This document shows positions 37,001 to 49,000 of a DNA stretch of 64,000 nucleotides, piece by piece; within the stretch, counting starts at the first letter, position 1, and each line of letters starts with the position of its first letter. Location: contig NC_086097.1 of the NCBI RefSeq assembly GCF_963921235.1, forward strand, positions 182,964,001 through 183,028,000. The letters are read 5' to 3'. Source of the DNA: Mobula hypostoma. Its lineage: Eukaryota. The notes below the pieces were generated by a model. That model saw only the letters and a program-made list of their open reading frames with translations. It was not told the DNA's origin and ran no database searches. Position numbers and translations under genes: made by a program.

Positions 37001-40000
37001 ACAGGCTAACTCCTATTGACATCAATGAATCTGGGGTTGAGAGGGTGAACAGCTTTAAGTTCCTCAGCATACACGTCACGGAGGACCTCACTGGGTCTGT
37101 TCATACTGACTGTGTGGTGAAAAAAGCGCAACAGTGCCTCTTTCACCTCAGACGGTTGAAGAAGTTTGGCGTGAGTCCCCAAATCATAAGGACTTTCTAC
37201 AGGGGCGCAATTGAAAACAATCCTGACTGGCTGCATCACTGTCTGGTATGGGAACTGCACTTCCCGCAATCGCAAGACTGCAGGGAGTGGTGCTGCAGTA
37301 TTAAAGCCAGGACCAACGGGCTCTGGGACAGCTTCTTCCACCAGGCCATCTGACTGATTAATTCACGCAGACACAAATGCATTTCTATGCTATATTGACT
37401 GTCCTGTTGTACATACTATTTATTACAAATTACTATAATTTGCACATTGCATATTCAGACGGAGCTGTAACGTAAAGATTTTTACTCATGTATGTGAAGG
37501 ATGTAAGAAATAAAGTCAATTTAATTCTCTTTGGAACAAAGGAGGACGAGAGGCAACTTGAAAGAGGTATATAAGATCAGGTCCAGGAGATTTATCCACC
37601 CTCAGACCATTAAGCTTCCTGAGCACCTTCTCAGTTGTAACTTTCACTGCACAAATTTCAAGAGTGTCAGGGAAGTGAAGTTTGTGCAGTGAAAATTACG
37701 ACTGAGAAGGTGCTCAGGAAGCTTAATGGTCTGAGGGTAGATAAATCGCTTGGTTCTGAAGGAAGTAGCTGGAGAGATTGCAGAGGCATTAACGATGATC
37801 TTTCTATAATCGATAGACTCTGGCACTGTACTGGATGACTGGAAAATTACAAATGTTACTCCGCTATTTAAGAAGGGTGGGAGGCAGCAGAAAGGAAACT
37901 ATAGACCTGTTAGCCTGGCATCAGTGGTTGGGAAGTTGTTGGAATTGATTGTCAGGGATGAGATTATGGAATACCTGGAAGCACATGACAAGGTAGGCCA
38001 AAGCCAGCATGGTTTCCTGAAAGGAAAATTCTGCCTGTCTAACCTACTGCAGTTCTTTGAGAAAATTACAAGCAGGGTAGACAAAGGAGATGCAGTAGAC
38101 GTGGTGTACTTGGATTTTCAGAAGGTCTTTGACAAGGTGCTGCACATGAGGCTGCTTAGCAAGATAAGAGCCCATGGAATTGCAGGGAAGTTACTAGCAT
38201 GAGTGGAGTATTGGCAGGTCGGCAGAAAACAGAGAGTGGGAATAAAAGTATCCTATTCTGGCTGGCTGCCGGTTACCAGTGGAGTTTTATAGGGGTTGGT
38301 GTTGGGACTGCTGCTTTTTACGATGTATGTCAATGATTTGGACTATGGTATTAATGGATTTGTGGCTAAGTTTGCTGATGATACAAAGATAGGTGGAGGT
38401 GCGGGTAGTGTTGAGGAAACAGAGAACCTGCAGAGAGACGTAGATAGTTTAGGGGAATGGGCAAAGAAGTGGCAAATGAAATACGATGTTGGAAAGTTTA
38501 TGATCATGCACATTGGTGGAAGAAATAAATAGGCAGACTATTTTTTAGATGGGGAGAGAATTCAAAATGCAGAGATGCAAAGGTACTTGGGAGTCTTTGT
38601 ACAAGATACATAGAACATAGAAAATAGAACAGTACAGCACAGTACAGGCCCTTCGGCCCACAATGTTGTGCCGACCCTCAAACCCTGCCTCCCATATAAG
38701 CCCCCACCTTAGATTCCTCCATATAGCTGTCTAGTAGTCTCTTAAACTTCACTAGTGTATCTGCCTCCACCACTGACTCAGGCAGTGCATTCCACGCACC
38801 AACCACTCTCTGAGTAAAAAAACCTTCTTCTAATATCCCCCTTGAACTTCCCACCCCTTACCTTAAAGCCATGTCCTCTTGTATTGAGCAGTGGTGCCCT
38901 GGGGAAGAGGCGCTGGCTATCCACTCTATCTATTCCTCTTATTATTTTGTACACCTCTATCATGTCTCCTCTCATCCTCCTTCTCTCCAAAGAGTAAAGC
39001 CCTAGCTCCCTTAATCTCTGATCATAATCCATACTTTCTAAACCAGGCAGCATCCTGGTAAATCTCCTCTGTACCCTTTCCAATGCTTCCACATCCTTCC
39101 TATAGTGAGGTGACCAGAACTGGACACAATACTCCAAGTGTGGCCTAACCAGAGTTTTATAGAGCTGCATCATTACATCGCGACTCTTAAACTCTATCCC
39201 TCGACTTATGAAAGCTAACACCCCATAAGCTTTCTTAACTACCCTATCCAGTTGTGAGGCAACTTTCAGGGATTTGTGGACATGTACCCCACACCCTAAA
39301 GGTTAACCTCCAGATTGAGTCCATTGTGAAGAAGGTGAATGTAATGTTGGCATTCATTTCTAGAGGTATAGAATAGAAGAGCAGAGATGTGACGTTGAGG
39401 CTCTATAAGGCACTCATGAGACCACACTTGGAGTATTGTGTGCGGTTTTGGGCTCCTTATTTTTAGAAAGGATATACTGACATTAGAGAGGGTTCAGAGA
39501 AAATTCACGAGAATGATTCCAGGAATGAAAGGGTTACCGTATGAGGAACGCCTGGCAGCTCTTGGGCTGTATTCCCTGGAGTTCAGGAGAATGAGGGGGG
39601 ATCTCATAGAAACATTCAGAATGTTAAAAGGCCTGAACAGGTTAGATATGGCAAAGTTCTTTCCATGGTAGGGGATTCTAGGACAAGAGGGCACGTCTTC
39701 AGGATTGAAGGGTGTCCATTTAGAACTGAGATGCGGAGAAAATACTTTAGTCAGAGGCTGGTAAATCTGGAATTTGTTGTCATGAGCAGCTGTGGAGGCC
39801 AAGTGTATTTAAGGCAGAGATAGATGGGTTCTTGATTAGCCAGGGCATCAGAGGGTGTGGGGAGAAGGCAGGGGAGTGGGGATGACTGGAAGAATTGCAT
39901 CAGCCTATGATTGAATGGTGGAGCAGACTCGATGGGCCGAATGGCCTACTTCTGCTCCTATATCTTATGGTTTTATTATAAGAGGCATAGACAGAGTGGA

Positions 40001-43000
40001 CAGCCAGCATCTATATCCCAGGGTGGCAATGTCCAAATACCAGCGGATGTCCATTTAAGGTTAATGGAGAAACTTTAGGGGAGATGATAGTCATAGATGT
40101 TTTACACAGAGAGTGGTGGGTGCATGGAACACACTGCCAGTTGGTGGTAGAGGCTGATACATTAGGGACATTTAAGAGATTCATTGATATACATGTGAAT
40201 GAAAGAAAAATGGAAGGTTATAGGTTGTGTAGGGGAGAAGGGTTAGATTGACCATGGAGTAGGTTTATATAGGTTGGAACAACACTGTGGGTTGAAGGCC
40301 TGTACTGTTCTGTGTTCTGATAGGCAGCACAGTTGCAGGAGTGGTGGGAAGGTGCAGAGGCAGAGAATTCCACAGATTCACCAGCCTTTGAGAGAAGTCA
40401 TTTCTGCTCACCTCAGTGTCAAACAACTTGTCCTGATGTTTGATACTCTCCCGCTGGTGAAAACACTTCTCTGTTTACTCTCTCGAGCCTCATTAATGAT
40501 CTTGTATATTTAAATTACATAAAATAATGCACAAATTACTCCTTGTTCTTCTAAATTCCAAGGAACAGACCTCCAAACTGTCCAGTGTATCTTGATAGAC
40601 TGTCATTCCCAGAAATTATCCTGAGGAATGCACAACCCCACACCTTACACTTCATACCCTTCTACCTTTTTTTAGCACAATATACCTTTCCACCTATTTT
40701 CAGGCCAGCATGTCCGAGGAGCAAATACTCCCATACTCAAAACCACCTGCAGCAAAGGGGAGAGGAGGCAGATAACTTCCCGGAAATGTGGCCAAAGCAA
40801 GAGTCTAATAAAAGGAATTAAAGCAAATTAATGTTATTTAAAACTTCATGGTGGAACTATTAATTATCCCAGAGTTTCAGGGAGTGTAGTTCAGAGGCTG
40901 GGCAGTCTGGATCTGTCCTCTGATTACCCTTAGAAGGTGCGTGAACTCCAGTCTGGGTCTGACCTCTCCTCGCTCACAGGGTGGGAGGTTGGTTCAAATC
41001 AAGGTCTGTCCTCTCGGCACTCATGGAGAGGGGCATGATTTGGGAATGAGGCCCAGTTTAGGGGTATTCTTTGGTCTCAGGGAGGGGTTATGCTTTGGCG
41101 TAGAACTCCATTTTGAGTCCGTCCTTTGATCACTCACAGGGAGGAGATTTATAATTTCGGACTGGCTCCACTAATTGTTTGCTCTTGTCCACAGACTGTG
41201 CTGGAGACCAGGTCTTGCTCCCCTGTGGCCGGACATGTCCTCGATCCTGTGATGACCTCTCTCCAGATGTACTTTGCTTGGATGATGGTGACCCCACCAG
41301 TTGCAGGCCTTCTTGTGGATGTCCTGCTGGTCTGCTGCTGCAGAATGGCTCGTGTGTTCCTCAGAGGGAGTGTCACTGTAAGTCTCGAGGTAAGCAAGGG
41401 CAACCTGCGACAAGCAACAGGACAGTGTGAGTTCCTGAGATCTGACAGTGTGAGGTACCTTCCTGAGGCTGGCCCAGCCTCTGCTCTGAGCAACCCTCTA
41501 GCCAGGGAATCAGACAGTGCAGATCACTGGTAAACTGCCCTCTACTCTTCTCCCTGTAATAGGCATCCTCGGTTACCGATCTCCAGTCATTGGAAACCTG
41601 CTCCTGACTGCAGTTTTAAAATGAAGTGTTGAGACACTTACACAAGAGGGCAGGACAGTGATCTAGAACATTTATTGACACCTTTCCTTTCCCTTCTCCC
41701 CACAGACACGAGTGTGAGCAGCAGGTGGGGCCTGTACCCGGGGGCTGGCGAATGGATATACACAGCAGCTGGAGAGAGCAGAGACACTGAGTGCAGCAAC
41801 TGGTGAGACGTCGTTGTATCCCATCTCTTCCCTTCAAAGCTCCATCCCACCTCCAGGACACCTCTAGTCCCAGGTCTTCTGTCCTCTGGGGGCCATCAGG
41901 CACTGGATTCTCTGCGGGGGATACTGTCCTCTCTAGGGATACTTTCCTGGGATCCTCTTCCCTTTCCTGGATCAGGAAAACCTGGGGCCATTAGGTTCCT
42001 TCATCATCTCTTGTCCTGGGACCACTAGTCTCTCCCTTTCGTCACTTCCCCTTCCCTGGAACCACCATCCTTTCCAGTTGGAGCACTACCACAATGCCAG
42101 GACTGCTCACTTCCAAACAAGTCACACTGAACTTTCCCTAGTACTTGATCTTTAAGCAACACAAGCCCTTTCTCTGGAACCACTAACTTCACCCTCAGGA
42201 CTACCTGTCCCTCCACTGGGAACCCTGGGTCCAACCCTCTGAACTCCATCGCTATGTTGACTCTTCTTGCCCAATCTAATTTCTTCTGCAGTACATGTGT
42301 GGATGGGCAACTGGATTGTTCCCCACACCCAAGCTGTCGTCTGGATGGAGGTTGGAGTCCATGGGGTCCCTGGATGCTGTGTTCGGAGACCTGTGGAGGG
42401 GGTACTCAGCACCGTGTGCGAGAGTGCAACAGCCCAAGACCCCAGAATGGTGGCACCCTGTGCTCAGGAGGTGCCAGCCAGAGCAGGGAGTGTAACACTG
42501 AGCCCTGTGCAGGTAAGACTTGGGAGTGCGCCGGAACATGCAACGTGAAGCTTCGTCTTAACATGTAATGTTGGGGTCCACCACAAACAACATGGAACTC
42601 CACCGCAGCCTGCAGTGTAACACTCCACCGCAGCACGCAGCGTAACGCTCCACCGCAGCACGCAGCGTGAAGCTCCACCGCAGCCCGCGGTGCGAGGCTC
42701 CACCGCAGCACGCAGCGCGAGGCTCCACCGCAGCCCGCAGCGTAACGCTCCACCGCAGCACGCAGCGCGATGCTCCACCGCAGCCCGCAGTGTGGGATTT
42801 CCACCACATGTGACACGGAAACTCCATCACAACACAGAAAACTGGATTTCCACCATATCATCCCACATACAAGCTCCACCACAACATAAACAAGGCCTCT
42901 ATCACAGCACTCGACATGGGAGATACTGTACACCACAAAACATCAAACAGGAGTTCCTCTACAACAGTCCAGACAGAGGGCCTGTCATTCCATGTTAATT

Positions 43001-46000
43001 CTGAGTTTTAGATTTTCTGTCACATTTTTTTTCTGAACTTAAATCACTTGTTTCAACATTAAGAAGATTTAATTCTTCAATGAAGGGCTGAGAGTGTAAA
43101 TGGGAAAGATCTATTAACAAACATTCCTGTTAAACGTTCCCCTCTTCCTTTAAATCTGTGTCTTGTACAACATCAGAGAGCACAGAAGCAGTCCTTTCGG
43201 CCTACCAAGTCTCTGCTAGCCTTGCACCTCTCTACACTAATCCCATTTACCCACGTTGATTTCTGCTTTGTCCTGCCATGTCTGTACTGTTCATTCATTG
43301 CCTGGTCCACATCCAATCACCACCTCACCCCGCAGCTGATCACTCTTGCTTATTCCTTGTTTTAATTGCTGCTTCGCTCTGTCCATCCCCTGCTCCTGCT
43401 GTCTTCCTATCAACTCCACCTGAGCCACACCCTGACCTTTAGGTTCTTCAGTTAAATAAACAGTTAAAGGGTGACTAGGGAGAGACTAGGTCCATCATGA
43501 TCAACAATGTGTGGAGCCGTCAGAAGTGGCTGAGATTTTTAAGGCCTATTTTTCCTCAATGTTTACTGAGGAATATATTGTGGATGTCAAAGAAATGGGG
43601 GCAATATTACAATGAAGGAGTCATTTGCAGCCTTGTATCCATTAAGGAGGGCAAATCCACAGGGCCTGACCAAATGTACCCCCAGACCTTATGAGAGGCC
43701 TTTGACAAAGTCCTGCATGGGAGGCTGGTGAAGAGTGTTCAGTTGCTTGGCATTCAGGATGAGGTAGTCAATTGGGTTCAACGTTGGCTTAGCGGGAGAT
43801 GCCAGAGAGTGGGAGTGGATGGTTACCTCTCTGACTGGAGGTCTGAGATTAGTGGTGTGCCACAGGCATTGGTGCTGGGTCCATTGTTGTTTGTCATCTA
43901 TATCAATGATCTGAAAGATAATATGTTAAACAGGATCAGCAAGTTTGTGGATGACACCGGGATTGGGGGCGTAGTGGACATCAAGGAAGTCTACAAAGCT
44001 TGCAGTGGGATCTGGACCTGCCGAAAAACTGGGCTGAAAAATGGCAGATGGAATTTAATGCAGACAAGTTTGAGCTGTTGCACTTTGGGAAGACAAATCA
44101 GGGTAGGACATACACAGTGATCAGTAGGGTTTGAAAATCAATAATTCCTAGAAAGCAGCATTAAAAGAAAGATATGGTTATTATTGTCCTTCATAAATCA
44201 GAGTATTGAGTACAGAAGTTGGGATGTCATGTTGAAGTTGTATAAGACATTGGTGAGGCCAAATTTAGACTATTTTGTGCAATTCTGGTTACCTACAGTA
44301 CCTGCAGGAAAGATAGCAATAAGGTTGAAAGAGTACCAAGAAAATTTACAAGGATGTTGCTGGGATTTGAAGATGTGGGGACCTGTGGTCATTCCCCTCA
44401 ATATATACTGCTGGGAGGGGACAACCCACCAGGGGAAAGCTGCAGCTACCAGGTCTTTGGCACTGAACCTGTCTTATGGCCCAGAAGTGAAGCGGGGTGG
44501 AGTGCAGGTGATACGGCACTCAGTAGAGGAGCAGACAGGTGATTCTGTGGACGTGAATGAGACACCTGATGGTACGTTGCCTCCCAGGCAGCAGGGTCAG
44601 GGACATCTCTGATCAGGTCCACAGCATTCCAAAGGGGAGGGTGAGCAGCTAGAAGTTGTGGTTCATATTGATACTAACAACATGGGTAGGAAAAGGGATG
44701 AGGTGCTGAAGAGAGAATACAGGTAGAAAACTGTAAAGTAGGATCTCAGGGTGGTAGGCTCTGGATTGCTACCTGTGCAACATACCAGTGAGGGTAAGAA
44801 TAGGATGATTTGGTAGATTAATGCGTTACTGAGGAATTTGTGCGGGGAGTGGGGTTTCAGATTCCTGGATCATTGGGATCTCTTCTGGGGAATGTATAAC
44901 TTGTACAAAGAGAATGGGTTAAACCTGAACTTGAGCGGGTCCAATATCATTGCAGGCAGGTTTGCTAGAACTGTTGGGGATGATTTCAACTAATTTGGCA
45001 GAGGGATGGGAACTAAATTGATAGGGTAGAGAATAAGGCAGTTGGTATACAAATAGATGCAGTATGTAGTGAGACTGTGAGTAAGGACGGGCAGTTGATA
45101 AGGAAAATTTCAGTCAGTAGGATGAGTTATGAAGTATGTATTTAAACTAAATAGTATGGGGTGGGTTCGACAGTGTGGAAAAGCTGGATAAAGTAAAAGA
45201 GAAGGAGAGTGCAGGAGAAGTTATGAAAGGATTAGAAATTCACTTCTGATACCATGGATGCAAAATTGAAAAGGGTGATGGAAACAGGACTGGAAGTATT
45301 ATAATTGACTGTATACAGTATAGCAAATAAGGTAGATTGTGAATCTTTGAAGAATCACTAGATTCTGGAATGGTTCTGGAGGAATGGAAAGTTGCAAATA
45401 TCACTCCACTCTTTAAGAAAGGAGGTAGGCAAAAGACAGGAAATTATAGGCCAATAACAGGCTGGATAGACAAAGGAGAGCCAATAGATGTTTGCTGACT
45501 TAGATTTTCAGAACCCCTTTGACAAGGTGCTGCAGATGAGGCTGCTAAACAAGATTTAGATCCCGTGGTTTTACAGGAAAGATGCTAGCATGGATAGAAG
45601 ACTGTCTAACTGGCAGGAGGCAAAGACGGGAAATAAAGTGGGGCCTCTTCTGGTTGGTTGTGGTGACTGGTGGTGTTCTGCAGGGGTCAGTGTTGGGATT
45701 GCTTTGTTTCATGTGATATGTCAGTGATTTGGATAACAGAATTGATGGCTTTGTGGCTGAGTTTGCGGATAATACAAAGACAGGTGGAAGGACAGATAAT
45801 GTTGAGGAAACGGGTGGTCTGCAGAGTACTTAGAAAGATTGGGTGAATGGGTGAAGAAGTGGCAAATGGAATACAGTGTCAGGAAGTACTAAAGTTGTAG
45901 GCTATTTTCTAAACAGGGAAGAAGTTCAAAAATCCAAAGCGCAAAGGGATTTGAGAGTCCTTGTGCAGTATTCCCTAAAGATTAACATGAGGGTTGAGTC

Positions 46001-49000
46001 GGTGGTAAGAAAGGCAAATGCTATCTTATCATTCATTTTGAGGGGACTAGAATAGAAAAGCAAAGATGTAATGCTGAGGCTTTATAAGATATTGGTCAGA
46101 CTGCAATTTGAGTATTGTGAGCAGTTTTGGGCTCCTTATTTAAGAAAGGATGTGCTGGCATTGCAGAGGGTCAGGAGGAAGTTCATCAGAACTGCTGTGG
46201 GAATGAAAATGTTAACGTATGAAAGAGCATTTGATGGCTCTGGGCCTGTTCTCGTTGGAGTTTAGATCAGCACCTTTCCTCATTCCCTGTTACGCACTGT
46301 TGAACTTGAACATAGGGTTGCCAACAGTCCTGTATTTGCCGGGACATCCCGTATATTAACTAAATTGGTTTGTCCCATACGGGACCGCCCTCGTCCCGTA
46401 TTTCCCCTGCTAAGGTAGAGCGTTTCTATGAAACCTTTTGTGCCGAAATGGCGTAAAGCAAAGAAGCAATTACCATTAATTTATATGGGAAAAATTTTTG
46501 AGCATCCTCAGACCCAAAAAATAACCTACCAGATCATACCAAATAACACATAAAACCTAAGATAACACTAACATGTAGTACAAGCAGGAATGATATGATA
46601 AATATACAGCCTATATAAAGTAGAAGTAACGTATGTACAGTGTAGTCGGGAAGATTAAGCCAAAACCAATTTGTGGGGGAAAAAGTCGGCACGTACGCGC
46701 ATGTGCACATCACATAGGCGTACGTTACTCACGCATGCGCACACAGGTGCCTGCGCAAGGCTTCATGGTCATGGTAGTCTTTCCTGGGGTAAACACAAGT
46801 GTCCCAGGATTTGACTGCTACTTTCGTCCCTTATTTGGGAGTGAGAAAGTTGGCAACCCTAACTGTAAAGGACATGTTGAGGCGAGTTTAACCCTACTTG
46901 AACACCCCCCCCCACCCCCAGGTCAGCCGGTCCGCAAGAATATTGTCAATATTAAACCGGTCCGCAGTGCAAAAAAGGTTGGGGACCTCTGGTTTAGATG
47001 AATGAGGAGGAGGGATCTCATTGAATCCTGTTAAATATTGAAAGGACTAGATAAAGTGGACATGGGGAGGATAGTTCCTAGTGGGAGAGTCTAGAACCAG
47101 AGGACACAGTCTCAGAATAGAAGGACATGTCTTTAGAAGGAATTTCTTTAGCCAGAAGGTGGTGAATCCTTAGAATTCATTGCCACAGATTGCTGTGGAG
47201 GCCAAGTCATAAAATGGAGGTTGATAGGTTCTTGCTTATTTAGGATGTCAAAATTTATGGGGAGAAGCCAGGAGAGTCGGGTTGAGAGCGATAGAGAATC
47301 AGCCATGATGGAATGGTAGAGCAAACTCGATGGAGTGAATAGCCTAATTGTGCTTCTGTGTCTTATGGTTATTGGGAAAGTCTGAACATGTCAGCACTTT
47401 ATTCCCTGGAGTGTAGGCGAATGAGGAGAGATTTGATGGAAATATACAAAATTGTGTGGGATATAGATAGGGTAAATACAAGCAAGATTTTTACACTACG
47501 CTTGGGTGAGACTAGAACTAGAGGACATAGATTAAGGTTGAAAAGTGAAATATTTAAGGGGAGCTTCCACAGTTAGAGGGTGGTGCATGTTTGGAACGAG
47601 CTGCCGGCAGAAGCGGTGATTGAAGGTTTGATTGCCAACATCTAAGAGAAGTTTGGGTAAGTACATGGATGGGAGGGGCATGGAGGAATATAGCCAAGGT
47701 ATGGGGTTGGAAATAGGCAGAATAAAAGTTTGGCATGGCCTAGATGGGCTGTAGGGCCTGTTTCTGTGCTTTAGTGGTCTATAACTCGGCATCAGAGTGG
47801 AATTGAACGAGAGGACATAAATTTACGCTGTGACAAGAGATAGTGGGGAACTGAGGGGACCTTCTTCACCCAGAAAATGGAGAGCTCCTGGAACACACTG
47901 CCAGAGAAAGTGGTGGAAGTACAGTTATTTGCCGTATTAAATAAATATTTGGACAAGCACTTAAAGTGAAGTCTTCAGACCAAGTGCTGGAGGTTGGAGT
48001 AATATGGATGGGTGCCTATTGAGTCAGTGGCCTGCTTCCATGCAGTATGGCTCTATAGCAGGGTGGATGGAGAAGGGTGCCCACCTGCTCGTTGTCAGAG
48101 AAGGGTGCCCACCTGTTGAAGAGTCTGAGACTAGGAAGCAGAGTCCGAAAAAATCAATGCCAGTCTTCTCAGGGGGGAAGTTCGGAAACACTTTCTGATG
48201 CTGGAGATGGAATTGGAATATCCTTACACAAGCGGCAACCGTGCCAGGTGATGGTGGCAGGTTCCTGCTAGCTAAGTATAGAGAGTGATACAGGGGAAAG
48301 GTGGGCTTGTGAAATCTGGTTGCATTGAAGCTATAGCTCATTGAACTGCAGAATAAATGCACGGACTAAATCATTCCCTCCTCCTTCTAGTTATTATTTC
48401 ACTTATCCTTCTGTTGCCCTGATGTTTCACACCTTGATTCCAGCTGCTGATGCTGGTTCCCATTATCTTGATACTGACCAGTTTTCCAAGACTAGTCCTG
48501 ATCCCAGTATCCCTGTATACACCATCTCAGACTGGAGGCCATGGTCAGCGTGGAGCTCGTGTTCCAGTTCCTGTGGAGCAGGGTTGGAGACTCGGTACCG
48601 AAGCTGTGGCTCAGACCTCAGGGACATGTGCGTGGGCAGTGATCGGGAGTCACGTGACTGTAATGGCACCTGTGGGGGTGAGTTTCCGGTGATGCTTCCA
48701 CTTTCATGTCACTTGTCAAATGTAAATTACATTGTCAATATGGCTGTTCCTTCCGTTCCATGGCAGATCAATTGGGGTGGAGCAAATGGTCGCCATGGTC
48801 ACAGTGCAGCGTGTCATGTGGAGGTGGGGAGCAGATCCGGACTCGATTCTGTCATAATCCTCCCTGTGAGGGATTCCCAGTGCAGAGTAAAACGTGTCAC
48901 ACTCAGGTTTGTCTCGGTGAGTTAGTTCAACCCTGTGCTGTTCAATAAGATATAGACAGACTCTTTCACTCTGACCCTGACCCATTCTTGGTGTTTCCCA

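Larger units (their letters stand above)
35695..40320 (+). mobile_element. Old CR1 host element, split by Rex and CR1 insertions (pieces 35695-36587, 37526-37577, 39977-40320)
   Basis: [16 protein letters not shown] and HLEYGVQFW motifs; colinear CR1 text resumes across each insertion. Confidence 0.82.
44374..47370 (+). mobile_element. Internally deleted CR1 retaining ORF1 (SGNH esterase-like) and ORF2 RT/3' end
   Basis: [16 protein letters not shown] and [13 protein letters not shown] in ORF1; [29 protein letters not shown] in ORF2; tail GTCTTATGGTT. Confidence 0.8.
43460..47785 (+). mobile_element. Old CR1 host (43460-44373 and 47371-47785) split by a second CR1
   Basis: [31 protein letters not shown]; resumes [13 protein letters not shown] after 47371. 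Confidence 0.8.

Noticed and set aside
42406..42998. Ala/Cys/Arg-rich ORFs on both strands
   Set aside because: Products of the 25-bp GC-rich minisatellite.
48341..48925. 194-aa ORF as a single exon
   Set aside because: It reads through the 89-nt GT-AG intron 48678-48766 and goes out of frame with the next TSR.
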